From assembly GCA_019828565.1 (NCBI GenBank), contig JAHDYR010000003.1, forward strand, positions 124,001 to 188,000: DNA of 64,000 nt, given 5' to 3'. Shown here piece after piece: positions 43,869 through 52,658 of this stretch. How positions within the stretch are numbered: the stretch's first letter is position 1; each line of letters opens with the position of its first letter. This DNA comes from Carpediemonas membranifera BICM. Lineage: Eukaryota; Protista; Fornicata. The position numbers and the translations under genes are program-made. The notes beneath the pieces were generated by a model. It worked only from the letters and a program-made list of their open reading frames with translations, searched no databases and was not told where the DNA came from.

Positions 43869-44762
43869 TTACTCGTCTGTGAGAACAATCTTAGCGATTA
43901 TATCATCGTGCAAGGCCGCTGACAGTGTCGCCACCACCCCCTTCTCGTTCTTGGTGTGTTCAGTGTCCAAATAGTCGATCTTCTTCCCGTAAATATCGGT
44001 GAGCACACCCCCGCATGCGGCAAGGATGGCCTCAGGTCCGCAGGAGTCCCACTTGCTCGTCCCAGTCATCGGGTAGACGTAGGCGTCGGCATGGCCCTCG
44101 ATCACCTGCAGCGTCTTCCATCCAGCCCCAGACTGGGTGATCAGCTCGGTGTATGGGATGTTCTGCAGTCTGTGCTTCGTCAGGGGCACTCTCCGGTTGC
44201 TGGTGGTTACCCTCAGCCGGCCCTCTTCGGAGGGGGCGACCTCGATGTTCGAACCGACACCCACGACGCCCCAGTATGTCTTGCGGTCGGGTGTGAATGG
44301 CTGGTGGAGCACCCCGGCGACGGGGACGCCCTTGTAGCATATTCCAATCATCACCATGCATATGTGGAGGTTCTTCTGCTTCACAAGACTGCTTGTACCG
44401 TCGATCGGGTCGACATACAGCAGCACGTCATCCATGTTCATCTCCGTGTCATCCTCCCAGTGGCGCTGGGCCCACTGTTCAAATGCCGCGTCCACGGCTG
44501 CAGTAAAGCCGGCAGGATCCCCTTCTTCTTGTTCCTCACCAACTATTTGGAGATCAGGATATTCTGTCTTCAGAATGGTGAAGATCCGCACCTGGCCTTG
44601 CTTATCAGCTGCTGTGACGAAGTCTTTCGGTGCGTCTGCTGCGAGGGCTTTGTTCTCAGTGCGAAGGGACTCGACACCAGCTTTTTGAATACTACTAGCA
44701 ACATCTCCAGCGCTTACAGCCGCACTAACGCAGCAGCTTACGAGTTGCCGCAAGGAGACCAT
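43869..44762 (-). CDS. BPNT1: 3'(2'),5'-bisphosphate nucleotidase / inositol monophosphatase family
   Basis: VTAAD, VGEE, VDPIDGT, GAGWK, KWDSCGPEAIL. Confidence 0.9.
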   Translation of the reverse strand: MVSLRQLVSCCVSAAVSAGDVASSIQKAGVESLRTENKALAADAPKDFVTAADKQGQVRIFTILKTEYPDLQIVGEEQEEGDPAGFTAAVDAAFEQWAQRHWEDDTEMNMDDVLLYVDPIDGTSSLVKQKNLHICMVMIGICYKGVPVAGVLHQPFTPDRKTYWGVVGVGSNIEVAPSEEGRLRVTTSNRRVPLTKHRLQNIPYTELITQSGAGWKTLQVIEGHADAYVYPMTGTSKWDSCGPEAILAACGGVLTDIYGKKIDYLDTEHTKNEKGVVATLSAALHDDIIAKIVLTDE

Positions 44763-44904
44763 TGTGCATTTTAGAGACCAATCATTTGATGACCATATCC
44801 GCAATGAAGTTTCAAACCCAGCTAAACGGATGTTTACAATCAGCACCTCAACGGCAGTGTCTCCACCATGGCGACCGCACTTTAAGACACAGCAATAATA
44901 TATC

Positions 44905-47247
44905 CTACTTCTTCTTCTTATGAACACGCTTCCCCCTCTTGACGCCCCGCATGGTGTAATGAACCACGGCCTTGCTGACGACGGTGGTCTGCTGCTCCTC
45001 GTCCGCCTCTTTGGCCACCTTCGCCGCGATCTTCACCCTGTTCTGAATCTCAGCGGGGATCGAATCTATTGAGATCTTCATGGGCTTGAGATTCTCCCTG
45101 AGATTGAGCTTGGTCGAGCTCTGCTCCAGCACGGCGAAGTCCTCGAGCTGGCTCTCCTTCACCAGCAGGAAGGCGTTGCCCGTCCTGCCCGCCCTCGCTG
45201 TCCGGCCGACCTTGTGGACGTACAGCTCGGGGTTGAGGGGCACGTCGCACTGGATGACGACCTCAACGAAAGGGATGTCGAGGCCTCTGCTGGCCACGTC
45301 CGTCGCAACCAGGACATTGGCTGTGCCGTTGGCGAAGCGGTTGAGGTACTCCATGCGCGTGTCTCTGTCCAGCAGGGAGCAGAGAGGCACGGCCTTCATG
45401 GACGCGCCCTCGCCCCAGAAGGCGTTGACGAGCAGCGCCACACGGATGGCCTCCTCCTTCGTCGGTACGAACACGATGTGCTTATGGCCGGCATTCAGCA
45501 TCATGAGGTGGATGAGGATCACATTTTGCAGGCCCTCGTGCTTCCGTCTGATCATTATCCTGCTCTGCCGCAGCGTGTCGACGGTGCCCTTGTCGACCTC
45601 GACGAGCGTCCACTTCTCTTCGCCAAGGACCATGTTCCTCAGATGAGCAACCTTCTCGTCGATGGTGGCGCTGAAGAGGGCGGTCACCCTGTTCTCCGAT
45701 CTCGGAATCTGGGAAATAATCTCCCGAATCTGCTCCAGGAATGACTTATTCAAAAGCTGGTCAGCCTCGTCGAGCACCAGATACTGCAGGTTGTTGAAGT
45801 ACGTCTTGATCAGAGCACCGTTGGGGCCTGTGAACTCAGCGAGCAGCTTGCCGGGCGTCGCCACGATGAAGTGCGGCCTATCCGAGAGATCAATGAAGCA
45901 TGGCTTGCCCTGGTGCTTACCGCTGGTCAGCGTCAGGACGTTCACCCGCTCCCCCACGATCCTACTGACGCTGGTGATGACCCCGGCGATCTGGGCGGCG
46001 AGCTCCTTGGTGGAGACGAGCACGAGCGAGTAGAAGCTGGGGCGGTCGGGGTTGGCGATGAACTTGTCCAGCATCGGGAGCACGAAGGCGCCGGTGTTGT
46101 GCGTGACGACCATCTCGTGGTTGATGACGAACCGTCTGTTGCCGTCGATGGTGAAGCCGTAGTAGTCGCCCACCGGCAGCCGCTCGACCGTGAAGGCCTG
46201 GCGGTGGTGGTCAGGCTGGGGGCGACTGGACTCAACCCGCAGAGGAAGGCGGGTCAGGTCGCCCGTGATCTCGCCCGACTTGGTCACCACCAGGCCCAAG
46301 GAGCGGGCCATGAAGGCGGCGTCGTCGACCAGACCCCTGGAGCCGGACTGGTAGCCGTTGGTGTCGACCAGGCCGGCCAGACACTGGCGCCGGGCCTCGG
46401 CGGGCCCGTACTTGATGGCTGGGGGAACGCGCTTGCCGTACGGACGCATGGCCTCGACGGGGTCGCGGTTGGGGAGGAGCTCCTCGATCGCCTCGAGGAC
46501 GGCGGCGGGGGTGTCCTCGGGCATGGCGTCGTCCCAGGCGGCCCCGAGCCAGGCCCCGACGACGTATGGGTGGACGGGGACGGCGGGGTCGGCCCGGCCG
46601 TGGAAGGAGAGCTCGGGGGCGATGACGGCCTTGAGCTCGGCCCGGATGGCGTCGGGGAGGGCGAAGTAGGATTCGACGGAGATGTCGAAGACGCCGTCCG
46701 CCGGGACGTTGAGGGGGTTGCCGACCACGGACGCCAGCCAGCCCTCGGCGACGGCCTTGGTGTCGAACTTCTGGGACTCGAGCTGGATGGCAGTAGCGCT
46801 GCCGTCTAGACCCAGGCTGAGTCTGTACGCCGCGGCAGCCCAGCCCTTGCCCTCGACCTCGGCCAGGCGCTGGGGCTCGGGCAGGGCTACCGTGAGAATG
46901 TGCGACATGTTGCATCTGAAGACCGCGCCGCCCTCTAGGGTGACTCTCGCCATCTCCTGGCGGCCAGTGGTGACGCTGGTGACGAGGCGGGGCGTCCCAT
47001 CGTCTCCCATGAGCCTCTCGCCAGCAACAATGTCCTGAACAGGTTTGAACTCACCATTAGCCATGAGAACAGGAGTATCTCTGGCCAGGCACTTGCCAGA
47101 GCCTGTCTTGGCGCTGCCGACCGCGTTCTCTCCCCTAGCGATGACCGGGATAACACGGCGCTGGACCTCGTATGGCTCTTTCCAGTCCATAAGAGTAACA
47201 GACTCTTCAATATCCTTTGACAGGCCGAGGTCTTGCCAAACGCCCAT
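44905..47247 (-). CDS. DEAD-box RNA helicase (Rrp3/Dbp8/Drs1-like), 780-aa precursor containing an intein; 448 aa after splicing
   Basis: Q motif, AKTGSGK|T split by the intein, TKELA, ATPGKL, DEAD, SAT, TDVASRGLD, HKVGRTARAG. Subfamily not resolved. Confidence 0.93.
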   Translation of the reverse strand: MGVWQDLGLSKDIEESVTLMDWKEPYEVQRRVIPVIARGENAVGSAKTGSGKCLARDTPVLMANGEFKPVQDIVAGERLMGDDGTPRLVTSVTTGRQEMARVTLEGGAVFRCNMSHILTVALPEPQRLAEVEGKGWAAAAYRLSLGLDGSATAIQLESQKFDTKAVAEGWLASVVGNPLNVPADGVFDISVESYFALPDAIRAELKAVIAPELSFHGRADPAVPVHPYVVGAWLGAAWDDAMPEDTPAAVLEAIEELLPNRDPVEAMRPYGKRVPPAIKYGPAEARRQCLAGLVDTNGYQSGSRGLVDDAAFMARSLGLVVTKSGEITGDLTRLPLRVESSRPQPDHHRQAFTVERLPVGDYYGFTIDGNRRFVINHEMVVTHNTGAFVLPMLDKFIANPDRPSFYSLVLVSTKELAAQIAGVITSVSRIVGERVNVLTLTSGKHQGKPCFIDLSDRPHFIVATPGKLLAEFTGPNGALIKTYFNNLQYLVLDEADQLLNKSFLEQIREIISQIPRSENRVTALFSATIDEKVAHLRNMVLGEEKWTLVEVDKGTVDTLRQSRIMIRRKHEGLQNVILIHLMMLNAGHKHIVFVPTKEEAIRVALLVNAFWGEGASMKAVPLCSLLDRDTRMEYLNRFANGTANVLVATDVASRGLDIPFVEVVIQCDVPLNPELYVHKVGRTARAGRTGNAFLLVKESQLEDFAVLEQSSTKLNLRENLKPMKISIDSIPAEIQNRVKIAAKVAKEADEEQQTTVVSKAVVHYTMRGVKRGKRVHKKKK
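46096..47091 (-). mobile_element. Intein (332 aa, VMA/Hint type) with degenerate LAGLIDADG homing endonuclease
   Basis: Starts CLARDTPVLMANG...MGDDGTPR; block B CNMSHIL; block F DYYGFTIDGN; ends VVTHN followed by Thr. Excision restores GSGKTGAF. Confidence 0.96.
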
Positions 47248-47565
47248 CGCTCGCCAGATCGCGGTTAAAGTGCGAAATGACGATAACAACCGTTGATAGC
47301 GGAGGAGAGTAGATATATGTGCAATGAAGCAACCAGCCAGTAACAACGCCTCACTGTGCTCGATTTCCAAACTAGGAGTGTCCCGGGGCCAACCCTCAAT
47401 GACGGCCAGCCCGCTCAAGAGAACTCAAGCCACGGTGCGGCGTCATCATGGCTGCCCGTTGATGACATGGGTGGCTGTATGCGCCATTCGGGTCCGTTTT
47501 AGCTTTTCGATATTTGGCCACAGCCGCGGGCTACAAAACGTGATTCAAGCAATAAGAAGAACAAA
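47248..47565. promoter_or_regulatory. Probable bidirectional promoter region
   Basis: 318 nt between divergent ATGs at 47247(-) and 47566(+); A-rich just upstream of 47566. No specific element identified. Confidence 0.45.
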
Positions 47566-48588
47566 ATGCCAAGATATTGTGGCAAGTACGTGCCAAACAG
47601 CTCTACTAACGCAGACCGTCCGTTATTCTCCTCCTAACTCACCCAGAACGTGTGTTTCTTACCCTCATTGACTATTATCCAGCCAGTTTGTCCAAAATTC
47701 CACAGTTTACTCAGGTAGTGCGTTCTACAGCATTCTCCTAACATAGCGAGTTCGTTCCCATCCACCATCCCTCTTATCCAGCGAGTTTGTCACCTCCTGC
47801 TAGTCTCACACAGCGCGTCCGTAGCTCCATTCCAGCCTAACACAGCGGGTACGTGATACATAGCCCATTTACACAGCAAGTACGTCCCTTTAACCCACCC
47901 TCACCCAGCGGCATGTTTGTATCCCCGCCTTGACCGTTACCCAGCCAGTAAGTTCACGCAGCTTTCCCTCACACAGCCAGTATGTTGCAACATGAACTAC
48001 CCATGTCTTACCCAGTTGCAAGTATGACCTTCATCCACCCTTCTTACGTAGTTCCAGCCAGTACGTCCCCAACACGCCCTCTGACACAGCCAATGTGACG
48101 AGTGCAAGCGAGTCGATGACCTCATCCACAAGGCCACGACTGACAAGATCACCATGGAAACCGAGATCCAGATCATCCCCCGTGACGAGACGAAGACCAC
48201 CATTGACGATCTCCTGAAGGTTATCACCCACATTGCCGAGGAGAACAACATCCCCAAGAAGTTCGAGATGCGGCTGACGGACCCCCACCTCACCGAGAGC
48301 CACTCGTGGAAGGAGTTCTTCAAGCAGCTGCTCACCGGTCACCCCGCGATCACCGTCAGTCTCAACAGTGACGGGCAGTTCGTATCAAACCCTGAGAACG
48401 CTGAGGTTATGGCCCTTGCTAATGAGATGAACTCCCACCTCTGCTGCGCCTACCACGGCCCGCAGGCGACGTTCTCGACCGTCGGCACTCCTAGGTCCCA
48501 GATCACCCAACTCATCTCACAGCACGTGGCCGAGATCGCCGAGCTCAACGAGAAGCTTGTAGCCATCGCCAAGTCCCGTAAGGAGTAA
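47566..48588 (+). CDS. Micro-exon gene: 16 exons/15 introns, 190-aa protein with an N-terminal Cys/His motif, function unknown
   Basis: Exons 47566-47585, 47615-17, 47647-49, 47683-85, 47715-17, 47747-49, 47782-84, 47814-16, 47846-48, 47877-79, 47909-14, 47945-47, 47977-79, 48016-21, 48052-60, 48090-48588. Spliced: MPRYCGKPTQYDDAGNGIHHCNSSHQCDECKRVDDLIHKATTDKIT, continuing in frame into ORF 48154..48588. Confidence 0.88.
47586..48089 (+). other. Tandem array of 15 tiny spliceosomal introns (28-36 nt), all phase 2
   Basis: Lengths 29,29,33,29,29,32,29,29,28,29,30,29,36,30,29. 14/15 donors are GTNNGT (one GTATGA); 15/15 end TNAY-NYAG. Same architecture as introns in conserved genes of this window. 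Confidence 0.92.
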
Positions 48589-48623
48589 GTTGACCAGTAA
48601 ACAGTGGTGCGTGTCTTTACCTG

Positions 48624-49472
48624 CTAGTACTTGTCGGCGTTGAGGACATCGAGCTGCACTTGCTCAGTGTGAATGCGGACGTCCTCCCGTCTCAAACGGT
48701 CGAGCACTCGCATGAGAAGGGGGGTGGCGACAGCAAATAATATAAAAACTAGGAATAATAAAACACCGGGGGCGCCACCCAAGATCACCCCGAGGAGCAT
48801 CGCTTGGCCCGTCCAAAGGCTATATGTCGCCACAGGTGCGCTCAGACGCAGCGTTCCCATAGCCTTGCCGTGCCAGACCAGGAGGAGCAAGCTTGAGTCC
48901 ATCATGACCCCCCTCAATGCAGGGGGGACGTATCCAGTGGCCAGCAGGATAAGGATGATCACGGCCGCCACTGCTGGAACTAGGGTTGCCCGTTCAGCGT
49001 GCTTCAGCTGGATAGTCTGGGAGGCTGGGTTAATGGACGCCGCGAAGAGGTACAGGAGCAGAAGGAGAGCGGCCCAGAACAGAGCCGTCGTCTCGTGGGC
49101 ATCCCGGAAGTAGACGACGTCCATGTGGGTCGACGCCACGCGAAGAAGACCGTAGCTGATAGATATGACTGCCTTGCGAACGATGGCGCGCCTGCTCCTG
49201 TCAAACGAGAGAGAGATCCCATTCTTTTGCGCAAAGGCTATGTACAACACAGAAAACACGGTGGCAAGAGCAATGAACAGGTTGGACAGGATTATTGGCC
49301 AGTCCGACTTCTCAGCAAGAGTTTTGTAAAAGACGATAACCAGGTTAAAGACGTTCAGGATGGTCTGCAGCGGCATCCAAGCTATAGACAGGTTAGCGAG
49401 ATACCATTCCGGCACGAGCGTATTAAATACACCGGGTGATACCCGAAGGCGCTTCTTTCCTGCGCCATCCAT
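48624..49472 (-). CDS. Hypothetical multi-pass membrane protein, 282 aa
   Basis: ATG ORF with about 7-8 hydrophobic segments; no family recognised. Confidence 0.65.
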   Translation of the reverse strand: MDGAGKKRLRVSPGVFNTLVPEWYLANLSIAWMPLQTILNVFNLVIVFYKTLAEKSDWPIILSNLFIALATVFSVLYIAFAQKNGISLSFDRSRRAIVRKAVISISYGLLRVASTHMDVVYFRDAHETTALFWAALLLLLYLFAASINPASQTIQLKHAERATLVPAVAAVIILILLATGYVPPALRGVMMDSSLLLLVWHGKAMGTLRLSAPVATYSLWTGQAMLLGVILGGAPGVLLFLVFILFAVATPLLMRVLDRLRREDVRIHTEQVQLDVLNADKY

Positions 49473-49653
49473 GAACTTTCACAGAGATAAGATGCCAGGA
49501 TGTCGTGGCCATTATCCTTAAAATGCGACTTCTGAACAGCTGCTAGACAGGGTTAGCTAGGGCTTAACAACACCTCAGACGGCCTTTCCCAAGTGCGTTT
49601 TTCCATCTCGTTTTTTCAGCTGCGTAATCAGGCACTATCCCTAAAACGAGCGA

Positions 49654-50574
49654 ATGGCCGCCGCTGATAAGCAAAAGGTACGTCACAACATCAAGTATCG
49701 TCACATAGAAAGTGAAGGCCCTCACAGCAAACGGAGCGAACAAGTTCTGCTGTGACTGTGGTGCCAAGGGTATGTTCATTCCGATCAAAGCACTAACGAA
49801 GCACCTGGCTGGGCTAGCTTGAACCTTGGTGTGTTCTTCTGCATCAACTGCTCCGCCATTCACCGTAAGATGGGCGCGCATATCAGCCAGTGCAGGTCCG
49901 TCACTCTCGACGAGTGGACCACCGACGGCTACAACCGCATGATGTTCATGGGCAACGAGCGGGCCCGGCCCATCTGGGAGGGCAAGCTGCCTGATAACTT
50001 CGCCCGCCCCACGGACGCTGGCCGCGAACAGTTCATCCGGGACAAGTACGAGCGCCGCAAGTACTTTGTCGCACCCACCGACGCCGACGTTGCAGCCTTC
50101 CTCGAGGGCAAGACGCCCAAGATGTCTGCCCGTCCCACGGTGACCCAGACTATGGCCGCCCCCCCTCAGGAGGAGGACCCCTTCCCCTCGGTCTCGGCCC
50201 CTGTCACCTTCTCCCCGGGCCAGCAGGACAAGCGCAGCTCCCACAAGAACGAGCAGGACCTGATGGCGCTCTTCGGCAACCCCGTCACGACCCAACCCTC
50301 CCCTGTCGGCGTCTCGGCAACCCCCGCCAAGACCAAGTCCACCCCCGAGGCCCGCGAGCCCCCGGCCTCCATGGATAGCTTCTTCACTGTTGCCGAGACC
50401 CCCGCCAACTTCGCGGCTCCCGCCGCCCCCGCCTCCGCCGCCCCCGTGAACTTCACTGCCCCCGCCGCTGCGAGCCACGGACACACTAGCTCCCTGTCGA
50501 ATGTCGAGAAGGTCGAGGCACCCGTCGATATCAAGAGGAGTGCCTTCCTTAGCGCCTTTAACGACACTTTCTAA
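49654..50574 (+). CDS. ArfGAP domain protein, ~285 aa, 3 exons
   Basis: After removing 49678-49708 and 49770-49801: [45 protein letters not shown]. Confidence 0.93.
49678..49708 (+). other. Spliceosomal intron, 31 nt
   Basis: GTACGT...GTCAC-ATAG; removal links the ATG to the zinc-finger frame. Confidence 0.85.
49770..49801 (+). other. Spliceosomal intron, 32 nt
   Basis: GTATGT...CTAAC-GAAG (AAG acceptor); restores the CxxC-x16-CxxC finger. Confidence 0.9.
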
Positions 50575-50753
50575 TTAAAATGTAATGTTGTGCCGGGCTA
50601 CAAGACCAAGGGGCGACAGATTGAGTTATGTGGGGAGAGCAGTAGCTGCATGATGTGTATGCAAGCCATACCCGGCTCTGCGTTGCTCCCAGCGGTGGTG
50701 TGGGTCCATCATTTGATGGGCAACATTGGAACAGAACAAGACGGGCATAAGAA

Positions 50754-52334
50754 ATGGACAACAAGGCCAAAGGAACAGCCAACTACAAGGCCAAGCGATT
50801 TGACCTTGCAATCAGCTTCTATCTTAAGGCTGCATATGACGCCAAGCTGCGTGGGGACTATCTCGAGGTCCAGCGTCTCTACGGGAATGTCTCGGCCGCT
50901 GCATTCGAGCTGGGGCAGCTGGAATACACCATTGAATGCTGCAAGGCAGCTGTATCTTACGAGCCTGACGACACTCCCGAGGACTTCAAGGAGAAGATGA
51001 GGGTCCGCCGTGCCAGCGCAGAGGCTCTCCTGGCCACGCCTTTGCCCGCGCCCCAGCTCTGCCAGCAGTCCGAGTGCGACTACAGCCTGAGCTATCCGCC
51101 TGCTGTTGTCTGGGCGCCGGGTAGTACTCCAGGCATGCAACTACAGGTGGCCGCGACGATGCTCTTCTTCAGCACTCAGCGCCCAGACATGAACGTGGCG
51201 TCTGTGAACACAGTGGGGCTGGGTGACCTTCTGCTAGCAGCCCAGCAGTGCTACATGCCCGTCCTGACTGAGGGCACATCAATCGACGCCTACACCTCCC
51301 TCCCCCCGCCCAAGAGGAAGCCGCTCGTCGTGCAATGGACGCTCCACACGCCAGACAGCGGAGTGGCCAAGGCTATGGCAGCAATACTGCGGCTGATCAG
51401 GAGCAGACACGCGGGTCAGGTCGGAAAGGACGTGATTGTGTCAGAATATAGGGAGACGGCCAGCATGCTGCACAGGATCTCTGCTGGTGACATTGATGAC
51501 GATCTTCTTGCCACTCTTAGAACCGCGGTGGACGCGAGTGTTGACGGGCAAGACTCGTCGGAGGTGACAAAGGATGACTTCATGTTCAATCTCAATATTG
51601 GATCGAATCTTGTGGTCCAGCTGATATCCATGTCCGTGGCGGACATCAGGGTCACTGTGACATCATCTCTCCCGCCCCACTCAGCCGAGTTCGACTTCAT
51701 TTACATGACCCAACCCACCCTGCCCCTGCTCCTCCACTGGACGCCCCTCCTCGCTGTGAGGGCTGCCTCGAGACTTGTCTTCCCTATCTCCTCCTCTGCC
51801 TCGCCCTATGACATTGTGTCGACTGTCCTGACCCTCCCCAGCGGCACCGCGCCCTCAGATGTGCAGGCTATGTCTGCTGCGATCACTGGTGCAGTGGTCG
51901 ATCTGACGATGACCTCTTCCAGCCATGTGGTCATGGCCCCGCTGCTTCCCCTGTCATTCCCCGGTGACGGCGAGGCTGCTGACCTCGGCATCGACGAGCC
52001 CGTCATCCCATCTGTCGATCATAGCCCAAAGGCCCAGCCCATTCTCGCAGACCCCTTCGCCTACCAGCTGCGGCACGGCCCCCACGCATGCAGGGCCTGG
52101 CTCCAGTATCTGCAGGCCGTGTTCGGCGAGGACCCCGTGCTCGCCCAGTCCGTGCGGGAGATCAGCGCGAAGGCGTCGGCCCGCGCGGTGCCCATGGAGA
52201 GACCATCGCCGCATCAATTGATTAGTGTGTTCAAGAAGATGGATGGTGGCGACGCGGTTCGGCTGGCCCTGGTGAGGGCTGTGGAGAGGCGGGCCGTGAC
52301 GAAGAAGGCTGCCCTGTCTCTTATAAACGGGTGA
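50754..52334 (+). CDS. TPR-containing protein, 526 aa
   Basis: KAKGTANYKAKRFDLAISFYLKA and YGNVSAAAFELGQLEYTIECCKAAV TPR units. Confidence 0.75.
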   Translation: MDNKAKGTANYKAKRFDLAISFYLKAAYDAKLRGDYLEVQRLYGNVSAAAFELGQLEYTIECCKAAVSYEPDDTPEDFKEKMRVRRASAEALLATPLPAPQLCQQSECDYSLSYPPAVVWAPGSTPGMQLQVAATMLFFSTQRPDMNVASVNTVGLGDLLLAAQQCYMPVLTEGTSIDAYTSLPPPKRKPLVVQWTLHTPDSGVAKAMAAILRLIRSRHAGQVGKDVIVSEYRETASMLHRISAGDIDDDLLATLRTAVDASVDGQDSSEVTKDDFMFNLNIGSNLVVQLISMSVADIRVTVTSSLPPHSAEFDFIYMTQPTLPLLLHWTPLLAVRAASRLVFPISSSASPYDIVSTVLTLPSGTAPSDVQAMSAAITGAVVDLTMTSSSHVVMAPLLPLSFPGDGEAADLGIDEPVIPSVDHSPKAQPILADPFAYQLRHGPHACRAWLQYLQAVFGEDPVLAQSVREISAKASARAVPMERPSPHQLISVFKKMDGGDAVRLALVRAVERRAVTKKAALSLING

Positions 52335-52658
52335 GTGTTGTCTCCTCTGCTGACTGTAGTGTTAAAACAATGGCATGGTTGGCCAAACTGACTGGCTTGC
52401 CATGAAAGGGGGAGGGCATATCAAGATCTGATCTCAATCTGGACCAAATTTCCGAGATGCAGTATCCTTAACATGGCAGCCCTGTATCTTGGTCACGATT
52501 TAGCAGAAAATTTACAGGTGTGAAGATCGTCTCTATGAGTAGCTTGGCGTGGATAAGGCCGTCTGAAGGCCTGATCCCGGCTGGACGTCATGGCTGTAAA
52601 AAAAGATGCCGACAAAATTCTGCCAGTTCGCTGAAGCACACAAAGAAAGATATCCAAG

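Noticed and set aside
47248-47418. N-terminal extension of the helicase ORF (similar extensions on ZPR1, BPNT1, PPWD1 and the hydrolase)
   Set aside because: Mostly non-ATG starts lying upstream of where recognisable homology begins.
47586-48089. ~32-nt periodicity as a CRISPR array, minisatellite or introner family
   Set aside because: Only splice signals recur and the interiors are dissimilar; no cas genes, terminal inverted repeats or target-site duplications; eukaryotic context.
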